Assembly: GCA_951406725.2 (NCBI GenBank)
Contig: OX597837.1
Coordinates: forward strand, 17,112,001-17,176,000
Length of the DNA stretch: 64,000 nucleotides
Origin: Octopus vulgaris
Lineage: Eukaryota
Direction: 5' to 3'
Shown here: positions 11,590 through 25,269 of the stretch, piece after piece
Layout of the letters: the number at the start of each line of letters is the position of its first letter
How positions within the stretch are numbered: the first letter of the stretch is position 1
Notes under the pieces: generated by a model
The model's database searches: none
What the model was told of the DNA's origin: nothing
What the model saw: only the letters and a program-made list of their open reading frames with translations
Translations under genes and position numbers: made by a program

Positions 11590-14171
11590 TCATCATCATC
11601 ATTTAACATCCATTGTCCATGCTGGCATAGGTTGGATGGTTTGACTAGGGCTGGCAAGCTGTACCAGACTTCAGTCTGTTTTGGTATCGTTTCTATGGCT
11701 GGATACTCTTCCTAACACCAACCACTCCAAGTGTGTAATGGGTGCTTTTACATGCCACTGGCACAGGTGCCATTTGCATTACACCAGTATCTGCCACAAC
11801 TGCAGTTTTACTTGGTTTGATGGGTCTTCTTCTCGAGCATGGCATAATGCCAAATGGACTCGGTCATTGCATCTGTGAGGCCCAATGCTCGAAGCTCGGC
11901 TTAATGCCAAATGGTCTTGGTCCTTGCCTCCATGAGTCCCAATGCTCAGAAAATGTTTTTACATGCCACCGGCATGAGTGCCATTTATATGACACCGGTA
12001 TCTGCCATGACTGCGATTTTACTTTGCTTGATGGGTTTTCTTCTTAAGCACAACATAATGCCAAGGGTCTTGGTCATTGCCTCTGTGAGGCCCAACATTC
12101 GAAAGTTCAACCATTTTGCCTCCATGAGGCTCAATGCTTGAAAGGTGCTTTTAACATGTCACCTGCACAGATGCCGGTTACATGACACCAGCATCAGCCA
12201 TGACTGTGATTTCACTCAGCTTGATGGGTCTTCTCAAATACAGCATATTGCCAAAGATCTTGATCACTAGTCATTGCTTCTATGAGGCCCAAAGTTCGGA
12301 GATCATGCTTCACCACCTCATCCCATGTCTTCCTGGGTCTACCTCTGTCCTCGTCCACATGCATCACATGACCATACCAGCACATTTGTCTCTCTTGCAC
12401 ACTACATCTGATATGCACACTGACATTGCACATCTAACAAAGCATACTGGCTTAATTTCTTTCAAGCCTATGCATGTCCTCAGCTGTCACAGCCTATGTT
12501 TCACTGCCATGTAACATAACTGTTCAAACACAGGCATCATACAATCTGCCTTACATTCCGAGAGAGAGAGGCCCTTTGTTGCCAACAAAGGTAGGAGCTC
12601 TCTAAACTTTGCCTAGCTTAATCTCATTCTGATAGCTACACTCTTGGAGCAGTCACCTCTGCTACTAACTTGATCACCTAAGTAATGGAAGCTATCTATT
12701 ATTTCTAGCTTCCCCCATGACAGTCTATTTTCTGTACATTTTTGGTGTTTATTGTACCTGTGCATCTACCACACACAAAAGCTATTTTCCTTATTAAACT
12801 TCTTCTGATATTACTGCACCTTTTGTGTGCCCAAAGCTTACCCTAGGTGCATCTTACAGAGTTACTACCTACGCCTTTTCTACAGATTGAGCAGGGCCAT
12901 CTCCTGAAGGGATTTGTGATTTGTCTGCCTTCCTACTTACTAAGACTTTGGTTTTTGCTAGGTTAACTCTAAGCCCTTCAATTCTAGACCTTGCTTCCAT
13001 ACCTGGAACATTTCTAGTTCTGGTAGTGATTCAGCTATAAGAACAAGATCATCAGTCTAGAGGAGCTCTCAGGGGTGGCCTGTCTTAAATTCCTCTGTTA
13101 TTGCCTGAAGAACTATGATGAACAAGAGGGGTCTTAGGATGATCTTTGGTGAACCCCTACTTGTACCCTGAATTCTTCACTGTGCTCATTGCCAATCCTC
13201 ACCTTACTGATAGCATCTCTGTACATGGTTTGTACAGCTCTCACCAGCCACTTGTCTATCCCTAGTTTCCACATTGACCACCAGATAAGGATTGGGAAAC
13301 CCTGTCAAAAGCTTTCTCCAAGTCAACACAAGCCAAGTACAGAGGTTTATCTTTGGCTATGTATTTCTCCTGCAGCTGTCTTACCAGAAATATAGCATCA
13401 GTGGTGCTTCTCCATGGCACAAAACCAAACTGCGTCTCATCTAGACTAATTCTCCCACCTAATTAGTTGGGCTACGACTCTCTGTAACTTTCATCACCTG
13501 ATCCAACAATTTGATACCTCTGTAATTATTTCTATCCAAGGCATCAGCTTTACCTTTGTAGGAGTTGATTATGGTGCTGCTACACAAGACATTGGGTATG
13601 ACTACTTCATGAATCACCTGGTTGACTATACGAGTGACTAGAGCATAACTTATACCGCCAGATATTTTAAGCATCTCAGCAGTGATTCCTGAAGGGCCGG
13701 GGTCTTTCCCTGTCTTCATGTCCTTAATTGCTTTATCTACCAAGGTATTGTCAATTTGGGTAGCTGGTCCCTCAATTGGTTCAACATTTGGCAGATTCTC
13801 CTCCTTCCATTCATTCTCTACATTCAGCAGTCTTTCATAATGGCATTTCCAAGACTCTATTTTTGCAGAATCACTAAATGCAAGTGCACCATCATCCATG
13901 CAGACGCATTTCTCTCCTATGACATTGAAATTTTTCTCACACACTGTCTTCAGTTCTTTGGTCCTCACGTTGCTGAAGATAGGCAAACTTCGTCTTTTCT
14001 GCTTCTCCCTTGGCTAGATATACCTGTCCCCTAACTTCCCCTCTGGCTATCTGATACAGTTCCCTGCTACCTTCACTCTTCCAGGTCTTCCAAGCCTATT
14101 TCTTTGCTCTTATGGCAACATTCCACCACCACGTTACCCTAGGTCTGGTTGGGACCTTGCACCAACCACAA
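11590..14171 (-). mobile_element. 5'-truncated RTE LINE (family 1)
   Basis: (CAT)n tail at 11590; minus-strand PGPSGITAEMLK, NYRGIKLLDQVMKV, GRPRKTWDEVVKHD. Confidence 0.9.
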
Positions 14172-14273
14172 ATTAAATATATAAATTAAGACCAAACAAG
14201 TATTTGTTTCTTTCCCATCTTGAAATATGGCAGGAGTTTCTTTCCAACCTAATATATGTTATATTTATTTCAG

Positions 14274-14342
14274 AGCAAAGCTGCAGCTGTGATAGAAATG
14301 GAGGCCAGTATAAAAGCTTGCCGGGTATTAATACTACAACGG
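14274..14342 (+). CDS. TRAPPC9: TRAPPC9 internal coding exon (window exon 2)
   Basis: tttcag|...|gtaagt; 69 nt, SKAAAVIEMEASIKACRVLILQR (cf. [23 protein letters not shown]); phase 0/0. Confidence 0.9.
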
Positions 14343-14445
14343 GTAAGTTATCTGTAAAGAGAAATGTTATCATATGTAAAAATAGCTGTTTCATTTTTAC
14401 ATCAGAAAAATAATATTGTTATTGTCCTCATCAACAAAGTTGTTA

Positions 14446-15718
14446 GAGCAGTCTGATCAATAAGTATCTGGACTGGTGCTATAAAAACAAAAGTACAACA
14501 TATACCAATTTGGCATTTAATCTCCTTCAAAGTAGGAAGTCACACACTTAATCCAGTGCTGTTTCCATTAATGAAAGCATTCCTGGAACTCATTTTCTGG
14601 TATAATCAACAACTGCCTCATCACATTCACTTTGATTTCCTTGACGTCCTGAAATCTTCTTCCTTACAAGTGGTATTTGGTTTTTGGAAAGAGAAAAAAG
14701 TCGCAAGGGATCTGGGGAATGCTTTACCTAGTCAAAAACTGCTGCACAAACTGCGCTGGATAGGTAGATGTGTTGTCATGGTGCAATTGCCACTCACCAG
14801 ACGCATGCGATTGTGGCCTTTTCCAACGAATAGCATCCCACAAATGCCACAAAACGTCACGGTAGTACTACTTGTTTACTGTGTAACCAGGTGGAGTATA
14901 CTCATGATGAACAATCCCCTTGTAGTTGAAGAAAATGGTCAACAATGTCTTCACATTTCTTCAACTCATTCATGCTTTCTTCGGTGTTGGAGAGGTTGGA
15001 GTCTTCCACTGTGAAGACTGAGCCTTTGTTTCGGGGTCATAGCTATAGACCCACAATTCATCACCCATCATGACTGTTTTCAAAAAGTTTTCATTGTTCT
15101 CGACACAGTCAAGGAGATCTTGTGTGGCTAAAATCTGAGTGTCTTTTTAGCCTGCTGAAAGCAGTTTTGGTATAAACTTGGCAGACCCGCATCTCATACC
15201 CCAATCTTTAGTGATAATGGACAGAACTGAACCGTAACTAATCTGCACATTCTCTGATACCTCATGGTTGGTGAGTCAACGATTTTCCCTCGCAGCTGCA
15301 TGCACATCTTTGATGTTTTTCTCAGTTCTGCTGGTTGCAGATCTCCCAGAACATTCATCACTATCGACACTTTTTCAGCCATCGTGGAAATGTCTGAACA
15401 ACTCATACACTTGTGTGTGGCTCATATACTCCTCTCCATACACATTTTGCAACTTTGCATTGGCCTCTGGGCATGTATCACCAAGCTTTTGGCAAAATTT
15501 GATACAGATTCTTTGCTCAACTTTCTCTGTTATGGTCAATGCAACAATCACACATTCCTTCTAAGCACTTCTGTAGACAGCGGAAGTGAGCTAGAATGTT
15601 AAATCTTAGTGCACATGCACAGCAAAGTTCATGGTCAGTCTGTGTCAAGTGGCTTCACTCTGCATGCTTTAGCTTTGTTACTATGGCAACAGTCCGGATA
15701 CTTATTGATCAGACCACG
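14446..15718 (-). mobile_element. Mariner transposon, near full length, transposase decayed
   Basis: TIRs GTCTGATCAATAAGTATCTGGACTG (14451) / CAGTCCGGATACTTATTGATCAGAC (15690-15714), TA flanks, ~1.27 kb; decayed DE-x-W-like motif near 15050-15075. Confidence 0.85.
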
Positions 15719-17589
15719 TATGTTGCAATATTTCTTCTAGCACTCTGCTCTAAGTGTTCAAATCTCCTTAAAACTTTCATAGTTAATAAAATGAAGTACT
15801 ATATTGATTTCATCAATTAACCCTTCTCCACAAAATTTTTGACCTTGTGCCTAATTAGAAGTTTGTGTTCAAGGCAGTGTGTATGCTAGTAGTAGTAGTA
15901 AAAATAACAAGGATAAATATTTCTATGTCAAGGTATGAGGTAAAATTTGTTATAGTTGGTCAAATCCTATATATTCTTTATTACATTTACTTTGACTTTG
16001 GACAAAAGAAAGCCAACAACAGACCTCAATGGGATTTGAACTCAGAATGTAAAAGGATGTATCTAAATGTTTTGTGGTATTTAGTTACATTGTTTAGCAT
16101 TCCTAGTTCAAATTGCCTTTCATACTTCGTATATAAAAAAAAAAGTCAGTGAAGTATGGAGGTTGATGCAATCAAGTTTCTGATGTTGTGTTTATGTTTC
16201 ATAATCTTTGTCATCATCATGTGTCCATTTTTCCATATTTGTAATTAGATTTGACAGGTCATCTCCAGGACTCAAGGTCCTGCTTTCTAAGAATCAATCT
16301 TCCTATGCGTTCTTTGATTTTCCTCATTTGCAGATTCCTTTCAATTCGATTGCTTGGCACGTCTTCACTCATCAGTTATCCTTGTTATGCATCTTGTATT
16401 TATCAGCTTAGCATTTTTGTACCAGATTACATTTGATTTCTCTTATATTCAGTATTTCTCTCTGCTCATTTGTACTCTCCCATTCATGCACATTAACATT
16501 GTATATTCAGTGGTGCATGCTTACCTCATTTCTTTCCAGCTTTTGCATTTTCCTCTGTATTCATGATTTGGTACCATGCAACATTGCACTTCATAAACAA
16601 GCATCACATAATCTGTCTTTCAATCAGAAAAACAATTTCTTTCTTTCTAGCATTGACTGCCCCCCCCTACTTTTATTCTGGCGACTTTGCTTTAAGAACA
16701 TACTCTTTCGTTAGTTACCATGGTAGCTAGAAATCTTCTCCAAGGGCTGCATTGAGCTCCACTGCTTTGGTATGATTTTTACAGCTGGACTGAGTGCTGT
16801 TTTCATGCCACCAGCTCTGTTGAGGTCATCATGCAGGTTGCAGAATTATTAGCCCTGTGGCAGGTGGGGGTTGGGTTAATGCTAGGGGATGAGTTTTCTC
16901 AGTTCATGCATCTACTCACATCTAGTATAGGAAAATAAAAGGGTGGGAGAGAGAGAAAATGAGTAGAAAGAGCTGCAAAAGAATCTGAAATAAAAAAGAA
17001 AGGATGTTACACAGAATAATGAAAACATAACAATGGTGTTGCCATTGTATACAAAGCAGCTGGGAAAAGTTTTATCAAAATTGATTCACAGAAAACTGAG
17101 AAATCCTAAAGTTCACTCCTAAGCTATTAGCGTGGTTCTGGGTGTAGTGTTCATGATACAAATTTTAAACCTGAGGTTCATCATATGGTCCTGATAACTG
17201 CTTTTCTAACTGTATCAAGTTTTTTAATGTTCCTCTCTCATTCTTTGCATTCAAAAATACTATGTTCCCCTACCAAATATAATACTACTTAAACCAACAT
17301 ACTTTTAGTTTACTTCAAGCTACAACAGTGTGCAGCACCTTGAATAAAGCTGCATAGACTCTTAACTGGATGAATGGACTATGTGCAAATGAAAACCACA
17401 TTGTGAAATATCCATACTACAGAAACAAATATCAGACAGATTTAAATTAAAAATTGACTGTAATGATAAAAATTCACTGAATTGTCTTGGATGTACACTC
17501 TGTAAACTGTTTATAATTCAATGAAGCAAACCCAGGATTTAGCTATCAGATTAAATACATTAGGATTGTTTTACCTGAAATAGTCCTAG

Positions 17590-18375
17590 GTTGTGCCTCA
17601 CTATTCAATATGGTTAGCTAAATATTTTGTTTAGATAAAAATTTCTTGATAAAATGTAATTCCAAATGCCTTCTAGTAAATTGGGTCATCTCTTGAGCAT
17701 TTGTAGAAGGGAAAGATCTTGAATCTGCTGTCTCCATGAGTTTCCAGATGCTTATTCAGTGGAATCTTTTGTAATTTTTTTTGTCTGATGTGTTGTCTGG
17801 GGATTCTTGCACGTTGGCAAAGGGAATTGTTGGTTTTGCCAATATCATTTTCCTTGCAATTGGAGAAGGTCATGTAATATATAAGATTCTGTGTCTTGCA
17901 GTTCATATCTGCATTTACTTTGAAGGAGAATCCACTTTTAAATATTTGAAATTGCTGTTGTTACATGTTCAACATCTATTATCTTCACAGTCCTTCACGA
18001 GATTTTTTGTTTTGTATTAGGTTTTCATCAACCAGATTTTTCATTTTGGGGCTTTGTAAGAATATTGGTAGGTTTTTTTTATAGTGTGGAAAATGTTGGT
18101 CATTCCTGAATTATGTGTATTGATAAATGGAATAGTATTTTCTTTAATTATTTTCTTAGATGTACTCAGTTGTATGATGTCCAGTTTCATCACCCTTATA
18201 ATTCATAATTTATTAATTTTAAGGGGTAATTCTGTTTTTTAAGAAGCTTTTGAATTCATTGAGTTGAATTTGATGTATTTTTTGTTCAACTATTATTGCA
18301 CAGGTATATCTTGCCATACTATATGGAATGTTCCTTTTGATGTGTGAAGGATAGCAAGAGAAGTTCAAATACTGG
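17590..18375 (-). mobile_element. Penelope-like element 3' fragment (RT thumb + GIY-YIG)
   Basis: HIKRNIPYSMAR thumb-region motif; NCKTQNLIYYMTFSNCKENDIGKTNNSLCQRARIPRQHIR is a decayed GIY-YIG. Confidence 0.75.
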
Positions 18376-18612
18376 TGTGTGTGTGTATTTTCACTCACAA
18401 GGTATTGTTCAGTCTATGATCGAAGACACTTGCACAGGAAAACAAGATACTACATAGTGAAATCAAACCTGGAACCATGTAGCTGTGAAATGAACTTCTA
18501 AACTATACTCTCACATGGTAGATCTGTATTGTACTGTATTGCACTGTACTGTACTTCCCATGAGGCCTCCCTAAATGTCTCCTTCATCTATTATTTACTT
18601 CCTTCTTTTCAG

Positions 18613-18684
18613 AAATACCTTCAGGCCTCAGACTTCCTCCAGAATGTGATGTACATTAATGTTCAAAGCACTAATGAAGATAAG
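18613..18684 (+). CDS. TRAPPC9: TRAPPC9 internal coding exon (window exon 3)
   Basis: tttcag|...|gtgagt; 72 nt, KYLQASDFLQNVMYINVQSTNEDK (cf. [21 protein letters not shown]); phase 0/0. Confidence 0.92.
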
Positions 18685-19110
18685 GTGAGTCTAAGTCATT
18701 ATCTATCATAAGCCACTCTATATCAGCAGATGATAAATAATTATAGGTCAATTATTAATTAGCTACTATATGTTTAACTGAACTGAAAGTCAGCATGATC
18801 AAGCATATCTATTGTCAGTGATATTTCAGCTGTGACTGACTGTCTTGATGTTTTTTACTGTACCAGAGTCTATATTGTTCAAAGCATTTTCATTTCAGTA
18901 TGTGATTTTAGGCAGTTTTACTTGTTCTTTCTTGAAGGTCAAACAACCACATAGGGGTTCCTTGTTGGTGTCTCAAGGGGTAATTAGCCACTGACAATAT
19001 GTTGGTGGGTTATAAGGTACTATGTCAAGGTAAATAACTATTTGTCAGTTGTAAATTAGATACTATATGTCAATGGTTAATAAGGTGTTGTGTTTCAAAA
19101 TAATTAATTA

Positions 19111-20197
19111 CTAGCTGGACCCATGAAAAATTCATGGAAAACATAAAAAATGTAAGCATCTGTAAGCAGTGTACAGGTGCCATGAGAAATGTTTGTATAT
19201 TATGACCGTCTGTCTTTACATTCTGAGTTCAAATTCTGCCGAGATCAACTTTGCCTTTCGGGGTCGATAAATTAAGTATCAATTGTGTACTGGGATCGAT
19301 CTAATCAACTGACCTACTCCCCACAAAAAATTCAGGCCTTAAAAAGTATATTGTGACAGTTACAGAATATAGAAAGTAATGTAACACCAATGACTATATA
19401 ATTCAACCAAAATATCTGTTACATAAACGTAAATGGAATTACTATTTAACCTTAAAATACATCGTACATATTCAAAGAACCTTAATGTACAAATTGAAAT
19501 GCAAAAGAATGAAATAAATGGATTTATGAATGAAAGTTTGGTAATTGCATTTATTTCCACCACACGACACTTATTATTGCCAACATGTTTTAACTAACCT
19601 CAATTATATACACACACAAATACATTCATATATATATATATGTCTTGAGTTGTAGCTGTAATTCAAAGAGGCCATCCTTAATGTCTGTGGAGTACTCAGC
19701 CATTTGTAAGTTAATTTTATCCTCATGTGGTAATGAAAAGTGAAATTGACAGCCAGTATTTGCTGTGTCTATGTATCTATATATGAACTTTTCTTTGGAT
19801 TTATGTATCTACTATCTCTCTCTCTCTTTCTCTTTCACTTCCTTTGTGTCCAGCTGCTCTCCTGCTTTTGATTTAATAATGTGTATATGTATCTACTTTT
19901 GTGATGTGATAAACATTTAAAAACACAAAACGGATGCCATCACTACTCACTGTCTCTTTCACTCTCTCTCTCTCACTTTTTTCTCTCTCTCTTTCTTTCT
20001 TACATCCTCTATGAAACACTTAAAAGCAAAACAAACATTGTCACCACTCACTGTCTCTTTCACTCTCTCTTTCTCTCTCACTGTCTTTCTCAACCTCCCT
20101 TTCTCTCTCACTCTCTTACTTCCTCTCTGTTCTCCTCTCGTTTTGTCACTTCTTTGAAACGTACAAAATTAAACAGTTAGCATATTAATATTATTGA
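19111..20197 (-). mobile_element. Non-autonomous Helitron (internally deleted copy)
   Basis: Minus-strand 5' TC at 20197-20196, 3' hairpin TCCATGAA..TTCATGGG then CTAG at 19114-19111, A/T flanks; reverse-complement match to both ends of 25270-27417. Confidence 0.85.
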
Positions 20198-21368
20198 TGA
20201 TGATTATGTATTAGTAGTTAATTGTATACATGTTATTGGCCAATTAGTTATTATTTGTGAATAATTAATTGGCTATATGTCATTGATGAATAAATTACTC
20301 GATGTACTTAAATCATATATCTCGTTGTCTTGACATGATATAGTTGTCAAGAAATGTTACTGTTATACAAACAGTGTCATTTGTTTGTGATCCTCAGTGA
20401 AAATATGTTAGGCATTTTGCTGTGTTCATGTTCACAGAGCCAAGCAAAATGTTACCTTGCTTGAAAACAGATGAGAGTTGGCATCAAGAAAGGCATCTGG
20501 CGACAGAAAATCTTGCCTCAACAAGCTTCATCTGACCCATGCAAGCAAAGAAAAGTGAATGTTGTTGCTGGTAGTGGTGATGATGGTGGATGATGTGGTG
20601 GCATTGGCAGCTGCAACATTTGTGTCACTGGTATAGCTTTGTGATTTACAAAATTTGCTTCACAATCACTGCATGATACTTCAGCCAAGTATCTTCTGCA
20701 GCTCAGGTTGACCGATGAATGCCTTGTGAATGGTATTCATTAAAAGGAACTTGTACAGAAACTTAGCTGTGTGTGTTTGGTGGTGGTGGGTGTTCTACAT
20801 GTCTTCACATTGGAACAGTTTGAGCAATAATGCATTTCCTTTATATCCATAAACAAAATACTTCATACCTTGATGGTTTCATGTGAAAAGCAGCAGAATA
20901 AAAATTTCCTCACTTGGAAAATAAGTAAGGTCAGGCTACATCTGGTCATAGTAAGTCTTGTCCTATCCATGCCAGCATGGAAAAGGTGGGCATAAATTAG
21001 ATACTGTATCATCATAATCAACATCATTTTCTATCCATTTTATTTTCCATTCTGGTATATATCGGACAGAACTCACAATATTTCAACACTTGCAGTTGTA
21101 GTCCTGAATCTCTCTCTCTCCCCTTCTTTTTCACTCTCACTCTCTCTTTCACACATACACACACACTCTCTCTCTCTCTCTCCTTCTTTTTCACTCTCAC
21201 TCTCTCTTTCACACACACACACACAGGAAATGTGAAGATTAATTAGCTACCGCATGTAACTGGTTAAATAAGAGGATATCTAACAGAGTGAAAATGTGCA
21301 ATGTTTTATCCGTTTTCCAGCACTAAAGGATTCTCTCTCATCTCTTCTCTCTCTCTTTCCTTAAACAG

Positions 21369-21567
21369 ATTCAGCGCTACAGTACATTAGCAAGCCTATA
21401 CTCACAGATATGTTTCCATCGTAAAGCAGCATTTTATCGACGTATTACTGCACTACAGAGTGTCAACCCTCAAGTTGCTCAACCTAATTGGTACCAATGT
21501 TATACCCTCTTACTGCAGGCCCTTGATGGCTATGGTGTCACTATGGATCCACGACAGTTTACTAAAA
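21369..21567 (+). CDS. TRAPPC9: TRAPPC9 internal coding exon (window exon 4)
   Basis: aaacag|...|gtatgt; 199 nt, IQRYSTLASLYSQICFHRKAAFYRRITALQSVNPQVAQPNWYQCYTLLLQALDGYGVTMDPRQFTK (cf. [25 protein letters not shown]); phase 0/1. Confidence 0.95.
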
Positions 21568-22277
21568 GTATGTAGTTATAAAACACTATTTGCTTTTAAT
21601 ACTGATGGTCTGAGATACATGTGTTTGTCTGTGCATGTTTGTATGTTCTAAAGTAGTGTGAGAATTGGTAATGCGTTATGTTGATATATTCATAAGGAAC
21701 AGTGTCTTTTTTAATGTTTAACACATTTTTGTTGTTATTTAGCCCTGAGTCAGTCCTAATTAACCCGATCTGTCATCAATGTGATTCCAGAGCTTGTCTT
21801 TTTATATAGCTAGATTCCGTTTTTTTTAAGATGGCAGAATGTGAATTAATGGCAGTTTGGTTGCTATATCTAGCATATCAGACAATCATGTAGAGACTCT
21901 TTCATCAGCTCTCTTGTTATTAATAATAATTGATGCTAGATATGTTGATATATTCATATAGAATAGAGTGTCTTGTTTAAGAGTTAACACAATTGATTAA
22001 ATTTGTTGATATATTCACAATGAGAAAATTAAGAATCATGACTGCTTATGTGATTTGATGGAGTATTATTGTGTCACCAAAGTGATATGTTAACAAATTT
22101 GAGCATGGCAACAAGAACTATGTTGATGGCAGCTGTGTTTTGGCTGGATAGGATGGTAAGGAATAGTCATGTTGAGAAATGATGGGAATCATTGCTCAGT
22201 TTTATACACACAAATACGCACATGCATTTCTGCCCTCAGCTTCCTGTTGTAGTAAAGGTTTTTTACTATTATTTTAG

Positions 22278-22371
22278 ATGAACCCTGTGGATGGCCTGTG
22301 CTGCAGATGAAGGTACTTCAAGAACTTATATTCTCAGCCAAAAGGATGGGCAACCCTCAGTTATCAGTCCG
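22278..22371 (+). CDS. TRAPPC9: TRAPPC9 internal coding exon (window exon 5)
   Basis: ttttag|...|gtaagt; 94 nt, (N)EPCGWPVLQMKVLQELIFSAKRMGNPQLSV(R) (cf. [28 protein letters not shown]); phase 1/2. Confidence 0.95.
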
Positions 22372-22748
22372 GTAAGTCACATTAAACTTTTTCTTATGTT
22401 CAGCGATTTTTTGAAGCAAGGTGTTGGACTTCCTGCTACCTTTGTTTACTGTGATATCTCTCCAAAAGATTTGACTACTGCATCTCCCTAAGACCTATAT
22501 GTATTGTATCTTCCTAAAGTTTTTATATATCTCCTTAATACATATGTCTTGCAAATTGCTCTGAGGCTTATGTCCATTATGTCTCTCAGAGCTTTTTCAT
22601 TTTGTCTCAAGTTCATTCTAACAGTAGCTCTAATGCATCTCTAAGAATTAAGTCCAGTATGCCTTTCTAAAGCCTTGTCTTCTCCCTAAAGACTACACCT
22701 GCTGTACTATTCAGCTGAAGATTTGTGTTATTCTGTTCTATTTTTCAG

Positions 22749-22925
22749 ACACATGACGTTCCTACTACACTCTATGCTTGATCACATGTCACCCCAGGAG
22801 AGGAGAGATGTTGCCACTACCCTCAAATCCAATACAGCTCGTTGTGAAGGAATTCCTCAACCCCTTGCCACGGATAGTGGCATAATCTTCCCTCCAGTTT
22901 CTCTAACAAAATTGCCTATTGTGAA
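22749..22925 (+). CDS. TRAPPC9: TRAPPC9 internal coding exon (window exon 6)
   Basis: tttcag|...|gtatgt; 177 nt, HMTFLLHSMLDHMSPQERRDVATTLKSNTARCEGIPQPLATDSGIIFPPVSLTKLPIV (cf. [21 protein letters not shown]...PPVPFTKLPIV); phase 2/2. Confidence 0.95.
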
Positions 22926-25269
22926 GTATGTATTGCCAGAACTACCTTAGTTTTCATGCTATGTTTCCCTTACTTCAAAGTATTGCAGTTATCTTGAGGT
23001 TATTTTACTGATCACAATCATGAACTCAAATCTTACCACCAATTGCTATTGAATTCTGTGCCTAGCAAAATAACAAAACTATTTTAATCTGCCTAACAAA
23101 TAAAAGGTACCACTCTTTCTTTACAATTCATTGGTTCACTGCAGAGAGATGTATCCAGCTGTAAAACAACAGGTATTCTCACAAAATCCTCTCACCAAAT
23201 CTGTCATATAAATAGCTGTAAAATAGCAATTAATGTTGGGTTTACTTATTTTTTTTTTTTAAGCAGTAGATGACATTCATTGTATTACTGATACCTTTAT
23301 CAATATTTGAGGATGAAATTAAAGTGATAAGTTTAGTTAATTACATTGGCCTCTGCATTTGACTGATACTTTGTCTTATTGACTCCAAAGAGATGAAAGG
23401 CACCTCTGTGGGATTTGAGTTCAGAATAAAAAGGACCAGAAACTCCACAAGGCATTTTGTGCAACACTCTTATAAATCTACCAATCCACCTAATAATAAT
23501 AATATTAATATGATAATAATAATCCTTTCTATTATAGGTACAAGGCCCAAAGTTTTGGGGGAGGGAGAGCTGGTTGATTTGCATTGACCCCAGTGTTCAG
23601 CTGGTACTTATTTCATCAACCCTGAAAGGATGAAAGCAAAGTCAACCTTGGCAGAATCTGAACTTGGAACATTAAGACAGATGAAGTGCTGCTAAGTTCG
23701 TTAATGATTCTGCTCGCTCACCACCTAGAGACAGGTGGACTGCCACTAAGCATTTTGGCTGTTGTGCTAATGATTCTTCTAGCTTGCCACCATATTGATA
23801 ATGATAATAAGATATGTGTTCTTTATGTCAATATGGGGAGATGTGCTGCATGAGAACACTAGTGCAGCTAGAGTGTGTGCCACCTAGGTGTGGCCCTTCA
23901 GTTTGCTACCCCCAGGCTCCCACAAAACATTACCTGCAGCAGACCCAAAAGTGGTGCCACCCTCATAAAACTGCCTCCCTCTGCCCCCCTCTGGTTTCAC
24001 TAGTGCACAAGAAGCCAAGAGAATATACATCAATAATTTTACTTTCATGTGGTATTTATGTATAGCTATTTGAGTTAATAAGTGTCTCATTATTTCTTTG
24101 TATTAAAGAGAATATCATTGAATTTATGATTCTGAGTTCAAATCAAGCCAAAATTTACTTTACTCCATATTTTCCTCTGTCTATGATATACGTACCAGTA
24201 ATTTTCAAGGGTCAATACTGTCTATTAATTCTTTATATATTTTCTTGTATGTCTTCATCAGTTCTTTGCACAAATGCAGTCAGGTTTTGCCTTGTTCTGT
24301 AATACATATACTTGTTCTGAAATACATATACTAGTGGTTCTCAACTCCGATTTTTCACTGGTCATCTTTGAAAGGCAGGAAGGAGGTATCTCTCATGTAT
24401 CTTTGTATTCATTACAAGAATATGGTAGTACAAGTTACTTTCCTTGAATCTTAAAGCATTGTTTAAATTACATTTATTTTTATAGGCGTATATAATAATA
24501 TTTACATAGTGGCTTGCGAAGGGTGTGTTGGGGTATGCTAGAAGCAAATGTAGTTCATAGTTACATTAATATCGGAAAAGACTGACTTTGTATGAGAGGT
24601 GGAAAAATCACTCTGTTGAGTTGCAGCCAAGTAAACTTCTTAAGGACTTGTGTGTGTACAAGTGCATTGCCATGAGCATCAAACCCTCACCCACCTCTCT
24701 CTCTCTCTATGCTGTGCTTGCTTTCATTGTTGCTTATATAACCCCTTTTAATGTGGGAATCGCTGGAACATGATAGGATATTCTGTGATGTGGGATGATA
24801 TTTCTACAAGCTTATTGGGTAATATTCAAGGCTTATTGTCTGATCTAAGTGTGGTCTGATTCTAGTTACTAATGCTTTAAGGTTTTGATTCTAGACTTTG
24901 CTACAATAGTAACATTATGGAAACTATTGAAAAAATTATTCTGGATAGAAAATAAAAATTATGACAGTGTATGACATTTTTCTTTCATGTCTTTGACAAC
25001 AACCAGAGTAGCAGCTTTACTCTTTGTCTTTTGTATATTCTGTACTTAGCTTACTTAGGGAAATGAGAGCCATGCAATAAAAGTTGTGGTGAAAGAGAAT
25101 CATCTTGAAAATTGTCTCAGTTATGTCAGTGTCACTAGTGTTCAGTACAAGAGTTTTTTTTCCAGTACTTTATGCTATTGAATAGAAAATCATCAATAAC
25201 TAGAGAGTTTTTATATATTTCCATGAATTTTTAAATCCAGCTTTGAGGAAGGCTGTCAAATGCTTACTA

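Noticed and set aside
21111-21225. ~60-bp tandem duplication of CT/CA-rich sequence
   Set aside because: Ordinary microsatellite slippage with no sign of function
24332-24630. Possible hAT-type MITE (TAGTGGTTCTCAAC...GTTGAG)
   Set aside because: The second terminal repeat is too degenerate and no TSD is evident
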